Shown one piece after another: positions 46,657-57,710 of a DNA stretch of 64,000 bases. Source of the DNA: a cyanobacterium endosymbiont of Rhopalodia gibba (GTDB lineage: Bacteria; Cyanobacteriota; Cyanobacteriia; Cyanobacteriales; Microcystaceae); NCBI GenBank assembly GCA_045159875.1, contig CP067995.1, positions 224,001 to 288,000 on the forward strand, given 5' to 3'. Below the pieces are notes generated by a model. That model was not told the origin of the DNA. It saw only the letters and a list, made by a program, of their open reading frames with translations, and searched no databases. Each line of letters opens with the position of its first letter. Position 1 is the stretch's first letter. A program made the position numbers and the translations under genes.

Positions 46657-48032
46657 TTAGTCATTTAACTTCGGCAGGCAAATATTTATTAATATTTTTG
46701 CGGTTGATTTTATCAATGTGTTTGAGTAAATCTTTATTTTTAAAAAAATGAACAGTAGTAGTTCCCCTGACCTGAACATTCTGAGCAATTTCAGGATTAA
46801 TTTTGATGTCAACTTCAATAGAATATATTCCTCTTTCATATTCATCAATAAACTTATTTGAAATCAGCTTTATAATATGACATTGACCGCAATTAGGAGA
46901 GATATATTTAGCCATAATCAAGCATTCTCTTTTATGGAATAATTTTTGCAGGACATATCCTCCCATATAACGAGTTTCGTTAATATTAAAAGTCTCTGCT
47001 GTATAAATAACAGAAGCTGATCCTTTTTTATATTTGTTTTCTTGCTTTTTTAGGGTTATCTCATCTTCTTGAATTAGGTTATGTGCTGATAGCCATCGTT
47101 GTGTAATTAATACCGCAATACAATATGTTCCGGCGGCAGTAACTGCTTGGCGATATTCGTGATTTTGTGCGTCGTCTCCAACCGCATAAACCCTTTTAAT
47201 ATTGGTTTGCACTGTTCCTGTTTCAACAAAAAGATAACCAGCATCATTGAGTTCTAACCGTTCTTTAAGTAAGTCTGTATTAGGGATATGATAGATAGCA
47301 TCAAATAACCTTTCAACCTTTTCTTTCGTCTGATTGTTACGAATTGTTGTCCCTTCGAGGGAAGAATCATTAGGGAGCACGCCTACTACTTCTTTATTCC
47401 AGTGAATGATAATATTTAAATGCTTAAAAACTCGATTTTGCAGAGTTTCACCAGCCCGCATATTCTTTCGACGGACTAGGATATGAATCAATGAGCCGCA
47501 CTTAGTTAAATAAAGAGCTTTTTCTGTTGCGGTATCTTCACCTCCCACAATTGTTAGTTCTTGATTTCTAAACATCGGGATTGCTCTATCACAGATGACA
47601 CAGACAGAAATTCTCTAACCCCAAAACTTCTCTTCATTACTAATTCCTCAGCGTTTAGGGATTTCTCCTGTAGCAACGATTAGACTATAGGTTGATATTT
47701 TCCCTTCGGTCGAACGCACCTTGAAAAGACGCTGACTTAAATGGATTTTTACTACATATTTAGTATAACATTGAGTTCCCCGACGTTTTGTTTTCGTACT
47801 CATCTATTTCATTAGTTCGGGGCAGGTAATACTTTCAGAAAACCCTGAAATTATTTATACTTTTACGGTTAGAACTCGTGATGATCATTATTTGTCCACC
47901 ACGAATACCTGCCACTTTTAAACATTCAAGAATAACAGGTTTTAATTTAGCCCGTCCAGCGTCAATCGATGTGGTGCAATCTGCTGGAACTGAGCCAAAA
48001 ATGACTAAGTTTTCTATTGCTCTATTAACCAT
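46657..48032 (-). pseudogene. trxB: NTRC-type NADPH thioredoxin reductase with C-terminal thioredoxin domain; pseudogene
   Basis: ENLVIFGSVPA, GGQIM, ISVCVICD, VGGEDTATEKA, YRQAVTAAG and SPNCGQCH; stops and frameshifts at about 47600-47840; glycine motifs eroded. Confidence 0.88.
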
Positions 48033-48401
48033 TAGGTTTAAATAAATCACTGTTGATAATTGCGTTCTAATTCTACTAATAATTAGAGTTTTTTTGGAAT
48101 TTTTCAAAAAAACTATTTTCTATGCATTGTCTTCTACACATTAGAGTTTATAACCTTTAAACGAATCGAAACTTACTTTAATAAAAGTAACTAAAATAGA
48201 GAAGATTTTTCTTCAAAAGAAATCCATAAACAAGGCAAAAAATTCTAGGACAATTAAAATGATTTTTGTGATTATCTAAATAAGCAGATTGTAGTATTTT
48301 AAAGGATACATAGAAGAACTGTAGAGCAGATGAAAAATAACTAAAGAGATGTTACCTTAATATTCACTGAAAACTTTAGATTATTCCGATTAACCTTCAT
48401 T

Positions 48402-49760
48402 ATGAAGCGTCGTCAATTCATTAAATATAGCAGCCTAGGAACGGCTAGTTTAGGAATAACTGCTTGCGCTCAAGGTAATCTAGATTTCCTTCGTTCGTCA
48501 GAAACTTCATTAAACCTCAACAATAAATTTGGCTCATTGGAAAAAACTAACCTAATTCTAGGGTTTGTTCCGACGACTGATGCTGCTCCCTTGATTATTG
48601 CCCAAGAAAAGGGGTTTTTTAAGCGTTATGGCTTAGAAGTTACACTTAAACGTCGATCCTCCTGGGAAGCAATCGAAAAGGGTTTATTAAGCTGGCAATT
48701 AGATGCCGCACAAGCTCCCTTTGCCTTACCTATGTCTGCACAGTTAGGGAAACAAAAAGCTCCCCTGATTTCCCTGATGAATCTTAATTTGAATGGTAGT
48801 GCCATTACCCTTACTAAGAAAGCTTGGGAAAAAGGCTTACGTCCCTCCCTAAATTATAATGATTTTAGGGATTTTGAAAGAAGTTTTCGCCGATATATTC
48901 GAGGTAATGGACAGACTCGTTTTGCTATAGATTCCTCAATTTCAATGGATGCCTATTTATTACGTTATTGGTTAGCAGCTATGGGAGTTGATCCTGATCG
49001 TGAGGTAAGATTATTAGAATTTCAGTCCAACCAATTGATATATAAATTACAAGCACAAATGATAGAAGGCTATAGTATTTCAGCTCCATGGACGCGCTCT
49101 GCAATTATTGAAAATACAGGATTCATCATCAATATTAGTCGAGAAATTTGGCGAGGACATCCTAATAAGATCTTAGCCGCTATGGATGGTTGGGTGAGAA
49201 GACATCCTGTTACTGCACGATCTTTAATGGCTGGGTTATTAGAAGCTTGTCAATATTGCGAGCACCAGCGTCATCACAGAGAAATGACTGAAATATTAGC
49301 TCAAAGTCAATATTTAAACTTGGATAGGACTTTAATTGAACCAACTTTAAATGGGAAGTATGCTTATACCAATAACACCCCTAACAGTAAATTAGTAGAG
49401 ATTCCCGACTTTACTATTTTTCACTATCAAGATACCCCCTATCTTAAGATACCCGATCATGCTAATTATCCTTGGCGTTCTCATGCTGTATGGTTGCTAA
49501 CCCAAATGATTCGCTGGAATCAACTGGAAACTACTATTTATCCGAAAGATGCTGATAGAATCTTAGAGCGAATTTATCCTATTTCTCTCTATAAAGAAGT
49601 AGCTGAAGCCCTAAATATTAAAATCCCTAGTGAATCAATGAAATCTGAACCTACTAACGCTTTCATAGATGGGCGACCTTTTGATCCGAGTCAACCTCTA
49701 GTTTATCTCAATCAGTTTTCTATTCGGGCAAGTTATTCTCAATTTTTGAGTTTCGTTTAA
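48402..49760 (+). CDS. NrtA/CmpA-family ABC substrate-binding protein with Tat/lipoprotein signal
   Basis: MKRRQFIK...ITAC, LGFVPTTDAAPLIIAQEKGFF, NLNGSAITL and NYPWRSHAVWLLTQMIRW. Confidence 0.9.
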   Translation: MKRRQFIKYSSLGTASLGITACAQGNLDFLRSSETSLNLNNKFGSLEKTNLILGFVPTTDAAPLIIAQEKGFFKRYGLEVTLKRRSSWEAIEKGLLSWQLDAAQAPFALPMSAQLGKQKAPLISLMNLNLNGSAITLTKKAWEKGLRPSLNYNDFRDFERSFRRYIRGNGQTRFAIDSSISMDAYLLRYWLAAMGVDPDREVRLLEFQSNQLIYKLQAQMIEGYSISAPWTRSAIIENTGFIINISREIWRGHPNKILAAMDGWVRRHPVTARSLMAGLLEACQYCEHQRHHREMTEILAQSQYLNLDRTLIEPTLNGKYAYTNNTPNSKLVEIPDFTIFHYQDTPYLKIPDHANYPWRSHAVWLLTQMIRWNQLETTIYPKDADRILERIYPISLYKEVAEALNIKIPSESMKSEPTNAFIDGRPFDPSQPLVYLNQFSIRASYSQFLSFV

Positions 49761-49774
49761 TTCAATAAAAGCTA

Positions 49775-50460
49775 ACAATAACTTTATTGATTTATTATCC
49801 TAATCAATAAAGGTTAGTTTCTACAGTTGCTAATTTTAGTTTTAATCATGAAAGTAATATTATTTATGTGGACAACATACGGATTTTGAAGCTGTATTAC
49901 TTCTTGTGGCAACTTAACAGATTTAATATTACCTATCGCATCACCGAGCTTTTTTTCCCTTATTTCTACTACTGGACTAGTGGAAGCTGTTCTGTAAATT
50001 CATTTTTTTATAGTATTTCTCACCTTACTCTTTAGGTCAACCGTCAAAATGGTTGTTTACTTGATTAATTATGAAGATGGCATGTGAAAAACAATTGTGC
50101 TAATCTTTTCTTGATTATTAGCAATAATGCTAAGTTATTCAGTAATCGCTTATGATTTAAGGTTAATTTTCTTATTTTTTATTTAAAATAAGAAAATTAA
50201 ATAAGAATTAAGACAATTACAACTACTGGTAAAATACCATATCAACTTATTTTTTAGAGGAAAATATACAAATTGTAATCATATAGTTTATTACTAAATT
50301 TCCAGAAATTATTAATATTAATTAATAACTTTACCTGTAACATAGTTTTCATGAAATAGGAGTAGAGATTATTGGCATAACTATCTGTTATCTGACTACT
50401 GATTTAAGTGAAGGGATAATTTTTGAACAAGATGTCACCAGAGTAAGTCATCGTGATACA
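49775..50460 (+). pseudogene. purU: Formyltetrahydrofolate deformylase pseudogene
   Basis: LLIYYPNQ*RLVSTVANF, LIISNN, FPEIININ and GVEIIGITICYLTTDLSEGIIFEQDVTRVSHRDT. Confidence 0.85.
50163..50200. repeat. Perfect 16-bp inverted repeat inside the purU fossil
   Basis: ttaattttcttatttt-N6-aaaataagaaaattaa. Confidence 0.85.
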
Positions 50461-51000
50461 AATGAAAACAAGAACAAAAATCTTATGTTTAAAGACAAGA
50501 GACACGAAAGTTTAAAAAATTGCAAGCTTGGTTAAACTTTTGGTCAATATAAGAAGAAAAGCAATTCCTAGATGGATTATTAGAGGAAGAGAAGGATTAT
50601 GGGAGTATCCCAAAAGTTGAATAAAATATAAAATATCTTGAATAGCCCTCAGAAAAGATGAAAAAACTGATAATAGGCGATAATTATTGAAAACTTTTAA
50701 AAAAGAAAGAAAAATAAAAATTTATTCTCGGCAGATCTGGGAAGACCGTTTTATTCAAAAAATAATAAGACTATCAAGATATTCTTTTTGTCAAAACATG
50801 GTTTAACCCATGAATTTTAGTATTTTATAGATATCTAATGATTAAAATATAAAAATAATTTTACAAAACAAAAAAGAGGGAATTTAAATATTTTATAAAT
50901 ATAAAAAATAAGTAATAATTAGAATTATTTTATGTCAATAGATACTCTTAAAAGAAAGTAAATTTTGTAGTTTATAGATAAATTAGGTGGAGAAGATTCA
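50461..51000 (+). mobile_element. IS630 transposase remnant abutting truncated purU
   Basis: MKTRTKILCLKTRDTKV*KIA/RKAIPRWIIRGREGLWEYPK. Confidence 0.75.
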
Positions 51001-51246
51001 AAAAATATTTTAAATATGAAAGAATAGATCAGTAATTATTAAATTTTTTGACTAAGTACGTATTAAGTAGTTTAGGTAAAGTCGGGCTTAAGGAACGAGA
51101 AAATATATTTATTTCTCATGCCAACTTCTATTATGGAGATAAATATGATAGAAGGTAACTAACTTTATATAAAAGTTTATTTTTTTAATATGTTTAATGT
51201 AAGTTAGTTGAGTAATTTTTCCTTTAAATTAGTTTTTTTTAAAAAA

Positions 51247-51287
51247 ATATTTAAGTAATTTAAGTGAAACTTAAATTACTTAAATAT
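51247..51287. repeat. Perfect 19-bp inverted repeat with 3-nt loop
   Basis: atatttaagtaatttaagt-gaa-acttaaattacttaaatat. Confidence 0.9.
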
Positions 51288-51871
51288 AGAAATGTAAAAT
51301 TACTTTCTTTATATTTATCTAAATCCACTTAAGATAAAAAGTTGCTCACAAGTGATGATTTGATGTTAAAATACATTAGCATTAATCTAATTTTACAAAC
51401 TCCCAACTTCTAATTCCAAATTCCTAGGTAAAATAAAAACAGAATTTTTCGAGAACAATTACAGTGATTGTATAGCCTTAGCTGCTCATTGGGCATAACC
51501 TATCAGCTATAACAAGATTCCTGCTCTGTAAACAGTATTGGGTGTGATTTGAGTAGTAGTTTCACACACCAAAGAGTTTGAAGTTGATGTAGGTTTAGTG
51601 TAATTAACTCGAAATCCTAGGACTTTAGCCTGATCCTAAGAACGGTTAGAAAACTTAGGTCGGGAATTACCAATGGACAGCAACCTAGCTTGTGAGCCAT
51701 GGTTAGTAGATCAGCTCGTTTTCAAGTTAATTCTTCACTAATTCATTCTCAATCTATCCTTCAACATTAGGATCTAAGATTTCCGTAGAATAGTAATTGT
51801 GACAAAGTTAACCTATATTTTGGGTAACTTACTCAATTTTTTTACTCTAACCCGTAGGAGGGGAAATTATA

Positions 51872-52297
51872 ATGACAAACAAACCCAATGTTTCCCGAGA
51901 AAATGATATTGAACAGGTAGATGTCGAAATCATTAAAGCCGACCGGACAACCTCAAATAAACCCCCTGCCCGACCAATACAAGATGAAACTGAAGCGTTA
52001 ATTAAAGCTATTAAAACCAAAGCCTTTTCTGAAGTCAAAAAAGCAGGAGAATTTGCCATAGATAATTATTTAGAAGCAGTTCGTAAGGCCCGCCAAGATA
52101 TCGAGCGTCGACAACTATTTGAACCGGAACAAATTGAAGATGCTATAAGGCAAATTCAAAAAGAAATTGAAAAAGACTGGGATTCGATTGTTAGAGAAGT
52201 CACCAGTTTTGGTGATCGCCTTAATGAAGCTGCTAAAGCTGCCTGGGACATTCTAACTGCCTCGAAAGCTCAAGCAGATGAGGATAAGAAAAAGTAG
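51872..52297 (+). CDS. Hypothetical helical protein
   Basis: Intact ORF with a strong Shine-Dalgarno (aggagggg) and amphipathic helices. Confidence 0.8.
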   Translation: MTNKPNVSRENDIEQVDVEIIKADRTTSNKPPARPIQDETEALIKAIKTKAFSEVKKAGEFAIDNYLEAVRKARQDIERRQLFEPEQIEDAIRQIQKEIEKDWDSIVREVTSFGDRLNEAAKAAWDILTASKAQADEDKKK

Positions 52298-52546
52298 GTG
52301 AAAGGAAAGGAGAGGGGGAAAGTGGAAGCGGAGTGACAACAAAAACTCCAACTTTCAACTTCTACTTTCTTTCTCTGTTCCAATTACAGTTGTCAAAAAT
52401 CCGAGGATGACGTTAAATTTAGCTAAGATGAATTAAAAATTTACACACATTAGCATTATTTTTGTCAGAAAACTTGATAAAAGTGGAATATTACACGGCT
52501 GACTGACACAATTTTTTTGATTAACCATTAAGAGAAACACTAACCT

Positions 52547-54433
52547 ATGAAAATTTCTTGGAGAACCCTATTGCTCTGGAGTCTACCACTTTTAGTAGTA
52601 GGATTTTTTCTTTGGCAAGGAACATTTTTTTCCTTCGAGACCAATATGGGAAGCAATACCGCTAATGCTCGTATGACCTACGGAAGATTCTTAGAATATC
52701 TAGATTCGGGTCGTATTCTTGAAGTTGACCTTTATGAAGGGGGAAGAACTGCAATTGTTCAAGCAGTTGATCCTGAATTAGAAAATAGAATACAGCAGTC
52801 ACGGGTGGATTTGCCTATTAATACTCCTGATTTGATAGCCAAACTAAGGAAAGCAGATGTTGCTCTCGAATCTCATCCAATTCGTAATGAAGGGGCTTTA
52901 TGGGGATTTTTAGGGAACTTACTGTTTCCCATTCTCTTGATTGGAGCATTATTCTTCCTCTTTCGTCGGTCTAATAATTTGCCAGGAGGCCCAGGTCAGG
53001 CAATGAGCTTTGGAAAATCCCGTGCTCGTTTCCAAATGGAAGCTAAAACCGACATAATGTTCGATGATGTAGCCGGTATCGACGAAGCTAAAGAAGAATT
53101 ACAAGAGGTTGTTACCTTTCTCAAACAACCTGAACGGTTTACAGCAGTCGGCGCACGAATTCCGAAAGGTGTTCTCCTAATTGGACCTCCTGGAACTGGG
53201 AAAACTTTGTTGGCAAAGGCAATTGCAGGGGAAGCAGGAGTTCCTTTCTTCAGTATTTCTGGTTCAGAATTTGTGGAAATGTTTGTCGGAGTGGGTGCTT
53301 CTCGCGTCCGTGATTTATTCAAAAAAGCCAAGGAAAATGCCCCTTGTTTAATCTTTATTGATGAAATCGATGCTGTTGGTCGTCAACGGGGTGCAGGTAT
53401 CGGTGGTGGTAACGATGAACGGGAACAGACTCTAAACCAATTACTAACAGAAATGGACGGGTTTGAAGGCAATACAGGGATTATTATCATTGCAGCCACC
53501 AACCGTCCTGATGTCCTTGATTCTGCCTTGATGCGTCCAGGTCGTTTTGACCGTCAGGTCATTGTAGATGCCCCTGACTTCAAAGGGCGAATTGAAATCC
53601 TAGAAGTTCACGCCCGCAATAAAAAACTTGATCCCGATGTGTCTATTGAGGCGATCGCTCGTCGCACCCCTGGCTTTAGTGGGGCAGATTTAGCCAACTT
53701 ACTTAATGAAGCTGCCATTTTAACTGCTCGTCGTCGAAAGGAAACAATTACCTTGTTAGAAATTGACGATGCAGTTGATCGCGTCGTAGCTGGGATGGAG
53801 GGAACTCCCCTCGTCGATAGTAAGAGTAAACGACTTATTGCCTACCATGAAGTGGGTCATGCGATTGTCGGAACTTTAGTTAAAGACCATGATCCTGTTC
53901 AGAAAGTAACTTTAATCCCCCGTGGTCAAGCGCAAGGGTTGACCTGGTTTACCCCTGCTGAAGAACAAGGGTTGACCACCAAAGCACAGCTCATGGCGCG
54001 TATTGCTGGAACGTTAGGAGGTCGTGCCGCAGAAGAAGAAGTCTTTGGCTATGATGAAACAACCACTGGTGCTGGTGGCGATTTACAGCAGGTTTCCGAG
54101 ATGGCACGGCAAATGGTGACTCGTTTTGGAATGAGTGACTTAGGACCTATCTCTTTGGAGAGTTCTTCTGGAGAGGTGTTCCTGGGAGGTGGGTTGATGA
54201 ACCGTTCAGAATATTCTGAGGAAGTGGCCATGCGAATTGATCATCAAGTTCGGACTCTTGCTAAAAAGGGACATCAATTAGCACGGCAAATCATTCGAGA
54301 TAATCGCGAAGTAATTGATCGCTTGGTAGAATTGTTAATCGAAAAAGAAACCATTGATGGTAAAGAGTTTAGGCAAATTGTGGCTGAATATACTGAAGTT
54401 CCTGAAAAGGAAAAGTTTATCCCTCAACTGTAA
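52547..54433 (+). CDS. ftsH2: ATP-dependent Zn metalloprotease FtsH, FtsH2 type
   Basis: [12 protein letters not shown]-terminus; [14 protein letters not shown] and HEVGH motifs; EKFIPQL end. Confidence 0.95.
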   Translation: MKISWRTLLLWSLPLLVVGFFLWQGTFFSFETNMGSNTANARMTYGRFLEYLDSGRILEVDLYEGGRTAIVQAVDPELENRIQQSRVDLPINTPDLIAKLRKADVALESHPIRNEGALWGFLGNLLFPILLIGALFFLFRRSNNLPGGPGQAMSFGKSRARFQMEAKTDIMFDDVAGIDEAKEELQEVVTFLKQPERFTAVGARIPKGVLLIGPPGTGKTLLAKAIAGEAGVPFFSISGSEFVEMFVGVGASRVRDLFKKAKENAPCLIFIDEIDAVGRQRGAGIGGGNDEREQTLNQLLTEMDGFEGNTGIIIIAATNRPDVLDSALMRPGRFDRQVIVDAPDFKGRIEILEVHARNKKLDPDVSIEAIARRTPGFSGADLANLLNEAAILTARRRKETITLLEIDDAVDRVVAGMEGTPLVDSKSKRLIAYHEVGHAIVGTLVKDHDPVQKVTLIPRGQAQGLTWFTPAEEQGLTTKAQLMARIAGTLGGRAAEEEVFGYDETTTGAGGDLQQVSEMARQMVTRFGMSDLGPISLESSSGEVFLGGGLMNRSEYSEEVAMRIDHQVRTLAKKGHQLARQIIRDNREVIDRLVELLIEKETIDGKEFRQIVAEYTEVPEKEKFIPQL

Positions 54434-54463
54434 TCAGTTTCAAGCAACTTTAAAAATCAAACA

Positions 54464-54491
54464 GGAGACCCGAGTGATCGCGTCTCTTTTT
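54464..54491 (+). terminator. Intrinsic terminator after ftsH
   Basis: ggagacccga-gtga-tcgcgtctct imperfect hairpin followed by tttt. Confidence 0.6.
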
Positions 54492-54828
54492 CAGTTATTA
54501 ATGAAAAGTCTAATTCCTATAAAAATTGCCATAAAATTAATTTTAATTATTCTAGCCTAACTGTTACAAAGTAATAACAAAAAAGCTAAAAGTATTTGTT
54601 TATAAAAAATTTAAAATTTAAACCCCTCTATATTCATATCATAAAAGTCAATCTATTTAAAACTATGAAACATAGTTTTAAATAAAAATTTTGGAAGTTA
54701 TTAGCTATTAATTTAATCTACTTAGTTTAGAAGTTCTTTATTCTTTTGATTTTCTCGCGAAAAGAGTTCATCATTGTTTATAGATTTTCTATGTTAATAA
54801 TGAACCCTTTATTTTTAACTCAAATAGC

Positions 54829-55449
54829 CTAATCGATGATGGCATTAAGTAGCACATCAGTTAAGGACATATATTTCATATCATCCACCGTTACTGTATT
54901 GACAATATCAAACTTAGCCCCTGCTGTTCCTAGTTCATCATCTAACGCTTTGAAGAATGTGGTTACTTTTTTATCACGACCAACTTGAATTAGAGAAATG
55001 GCTAATTCTTCCCCACGATCAATTTTCTGGGATGCCTCGACAATAAGTCGAATAACCGCTTTGCGATCAGTAGGTTCCCCATCGGTGATGACAAGAAAAG
55101 TTTCCCCATTAGGTTGGGTTTTACCTGCCGCTTTACGCTCAAAATAGTTATCAAGTCCATTTTGGAGAACTGTAGCCAAGTTTGTTTGTCCCATCGGTTC
55201 GTTTTCTTCATAAATTTTAGTAACCTTATCTGGGGTCACATTGTTGTATCTTCTGAAACAACCGGAGAAAACATAAACTGTGATCCCATCAGGATCGATT
55301 TCTGCACATTTCTTAGCCAAGGCGTAAGTAGTCCCCTGAGCAATTTCCCAACGAGTCTTGCCATTGGGGTCATCAGAGGTAGCCATACTGGCACTTTTGT
55401 CGATAATCAGAGTATAGTTCCGATTTTCGATAATTGAGTCTCCTGGCAT
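54829..55449 (-). CDS. VWA-domain protein
   Basis: IIDKSASM (MIDAS DxSxS) and VITDGEP. Confidence 0.9.
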   Translation of the reverse strand: MPGDSIIENRNYTLIIDKSASMATSDDPNGKTRWEIAQGTTYALAKKCAEIDPDGITVYVFSGCFRRYNNVTPDKVTKIYEENEPMGQTNLATVLQNGLDNYFERKAAGKTQPNGETFLVITDGEPTDRKAVIRLIVEASQKIDRGEELAISLIQVGRDKKVTTFFKALDDELGTAGAKFDIVNTVTVDDMKYMSLTDVLLNAIID

Positions 55450-55753
55450 AAAAAAAATAACCTCCTAGCATTTATCATTAGCTTTTGCCTTATAGCCTAT
55501 TATGACATTTGAGGATTTTCCCTAAAAATCCTGAATTTCATCAGAATTGATCTTGGACAACTATCAAAATTAACTTTTGTTTTTAACTTGAAAGCATTAG
55601 CAATATTAAGTCATGTTCTCTGAACATATAAACTAAAAATTGTAAAGGGATATTGCAAGATTTTATAAAAATCTTTAAATAGTAAGCTAAATCCAAATCC
55701 TAGCATTAACGTGGAGTAGAACATCAAGAGAAGATTTGCATCGGATTTCAATA

Positions 55754-56047
55754 ATGGATAAAGAAGCTCAAAATTATCGCGTGGTGTGTACCCTTGAGGA
55801 CATTTACGGTCAGATTATCATTTGGTTAATTGTTATTGTCCTCACCTTAGTTGGTAATTTAGGGTTGTGGAGTGGCACTCGTCAAATTTATACTTTGGCC
55901 ATGGTGGGACTTGCTTTAGTATTATCCTTACCATTTTTGCTTTTTGTATTTTTGACTACTCTGCTCGACCATATTGAGTTTACCCCTATGGAAGCAGCAC
56001 AAAACACTCGCTCATCTTCAAGCGGAAGCATTAAACCAGTCAATTAA
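55754..56047 (+). CDS. Small two-TM conserved cyanobacterial protein
   Basis: CTL.DIYGQII.WLIVI...LSLPFLLF...HIEF. Confidence 0.75.
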   Translation: MDKEAQNYRVVCTLEDIYGQIIIWLIVIVLTLVGNLGLWSGTRQIYTLAMVGLALVLSLPFLLFVFLTTLLDHIEFTPMEAAQNTRSSSSGSIKPVN

Positions 56048-56427
56048 AAGCCCCCCAGAAGCTAGTAGTTAATCTTTTTAAGGAGATTGATAGAATGTGT
56101 CAAAGCATGGTGGGGTGAGGGGTAAAGACACTGGATATGTAAAATCTCTCTCGGGTTTATCTTCGTATCTATTGCATAACCCCTAAGAAGGAAAAACAGA
56201 AAGTTTTTGTTTCTCTTAATAGATCTACAATTTATTGTCGAGGACAATGAAAGTGTTTGAAAGACTTTGATAGCAGCCTTCTTGATTTCTTTTTATTCTA
56301 AAGTTGAGAGAGACAGAGGCGGTTAAACTTAGGAATCTTATTTAGGTGTGGTGTTTAAAAGAAGTATCTTGAGGAGCTAGGCGAGTAAAGTCGCTGAGGA
56401 GTTTTTTATAAACATTAGGTAAAAAAT

Positions 56428-56808
56428 ATGGATCTTTGTAAGAGTTTAACTCACTCAATAAAAATTTGCATGGGGATACTTGTTTTGGGAATAGGAGCAA
56501 TATCAAGTTCCATCTCTACGCTTGCTCAAGAGGAGATTATTACTGACCCTAGACCCCTCGAAATTCATACCGGAACTATTCAAGATTTAGACGGAACTGA
56601 GTCAAAAACCCCCGAAGAATGGTTGGGGGGTGTTGGCGGGCGATATGCAGCTGCCGAGGGCACTCGTGGAGAACTGACTCAATATCAATTTGACCGAACC
56701 GTCTACAAAGCTAAAACAGAAGCTCTCGATATCACCTTAGAAGAACATGATTCCCATTTAGGAGATGTGGAACGTCCGACACGAAGAATTCCTTTAATTC
56801 AATTTTAA
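56428..56808 (+). CDS. Hypothetical exported protein
   Basis: Signal peptide (…TLA-QE), acidic mature part and C-terminal F. Confidence 0.7.
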   Translation: MDLCKSLTHSIKICMGILVLGIGAISSSISTLAQEEIITDPRPLEIHTGTIQDLDGTESKTPEEWLGGVGGRYAAAEGTRGELTQYQFDRTVYKAKTEALDITLEEHDSHLGDVERPTRRIPLIQF

Positions 56809-57319
56809 AAGTTGTATTGGTCGCTTTTAAAATCTCGCCCTTTGTGGCGAATAGTTTTTGGGGCGGGGCTAAATTAAATCCCCGTTACAAAGGCCATTTC
56901 TAGGTTAGTGACTTAGTGTTGTCTTTATGGATTAGAGATGATCGCTTTTTGTTAAGGTAAAATTTTTAGGCTGGGCTTTAAAAGATAGCTAATAATGTTT
57001 CTCAACAACTTTGATGGTCAAGAGATTAATGACAGTCTTATTAATTCAAAATCCACTGTATATTAAGTCTTCTTATTAAGACCTGGAAAATAACGATAAC
57101 GGTAACTAATTAAGTATAGGTGATTGGAGTCTTTGCAATGGTTTCTACTAATTGGTTGACTTTAAGAGTTATGTATGAAAAAATTAAGTTAAGTGTGAAT
57201 TCTTTAGAATAGATAGATAAAACACTATATATGGGTCTACCTCAAGATTGTCAAATAATGACTAAAGATATTGGACAATAAGGGGACTAGATTTGATTAT
57301 ACTGAATTGATCATGTGGA

Positions 57320-57680
57320 ATTAACTAATAAAATGTCAAATCAATAAACTTAAAATTTTAAAATTAGCGAAATTACTAAATCCATAGGCTCTTCTTTTAA
57401 TTTACTTCAATTTATCCTCAATATTTTCCATTATTCTTTGGTAAAAATAGACAATAATCATTCCACAGCTTTTTGATATCAATCAACTAATTTTAGTAGC
57501 CCCGATATCTAGTTTTGATTTTTTTTGAAAATTGTTTTGAATTATTCTTCTATTTAAGTGATGTATTTTAAGTTCAGATATAAAACTTACTAGCATATTA
57601 TTCAAGTAAAAATTATGGCTTTTGATTAACTCATTATTGACAATAGAACTTGTTTTAGTATTAAAATCTTGACATAACAA
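57320..57680 (-). mobile_element. ISL3 transposase C-terminal remnant
   Basis: ELKIHHL, IIVYFYQR and IKRRAYGFSNFANFKI; DNA is similar to the copies at about 27030 and 36570. Confidence 0.75.
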
Positions 57681-57710
57681 GTCAAGATAAGATTATTTAT
57701 TTAAGCTTAA

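Noticed and set aside
48291..48310. NtcA site upstream of the NrtA-like gene
   Set aside because: GTA-to-TAC spacing is 10 or 13 nt, not 8.
57483..57680. 65-aa ORF as a gene
   Set aside because: It is part of an ISL3 transposase fossil.
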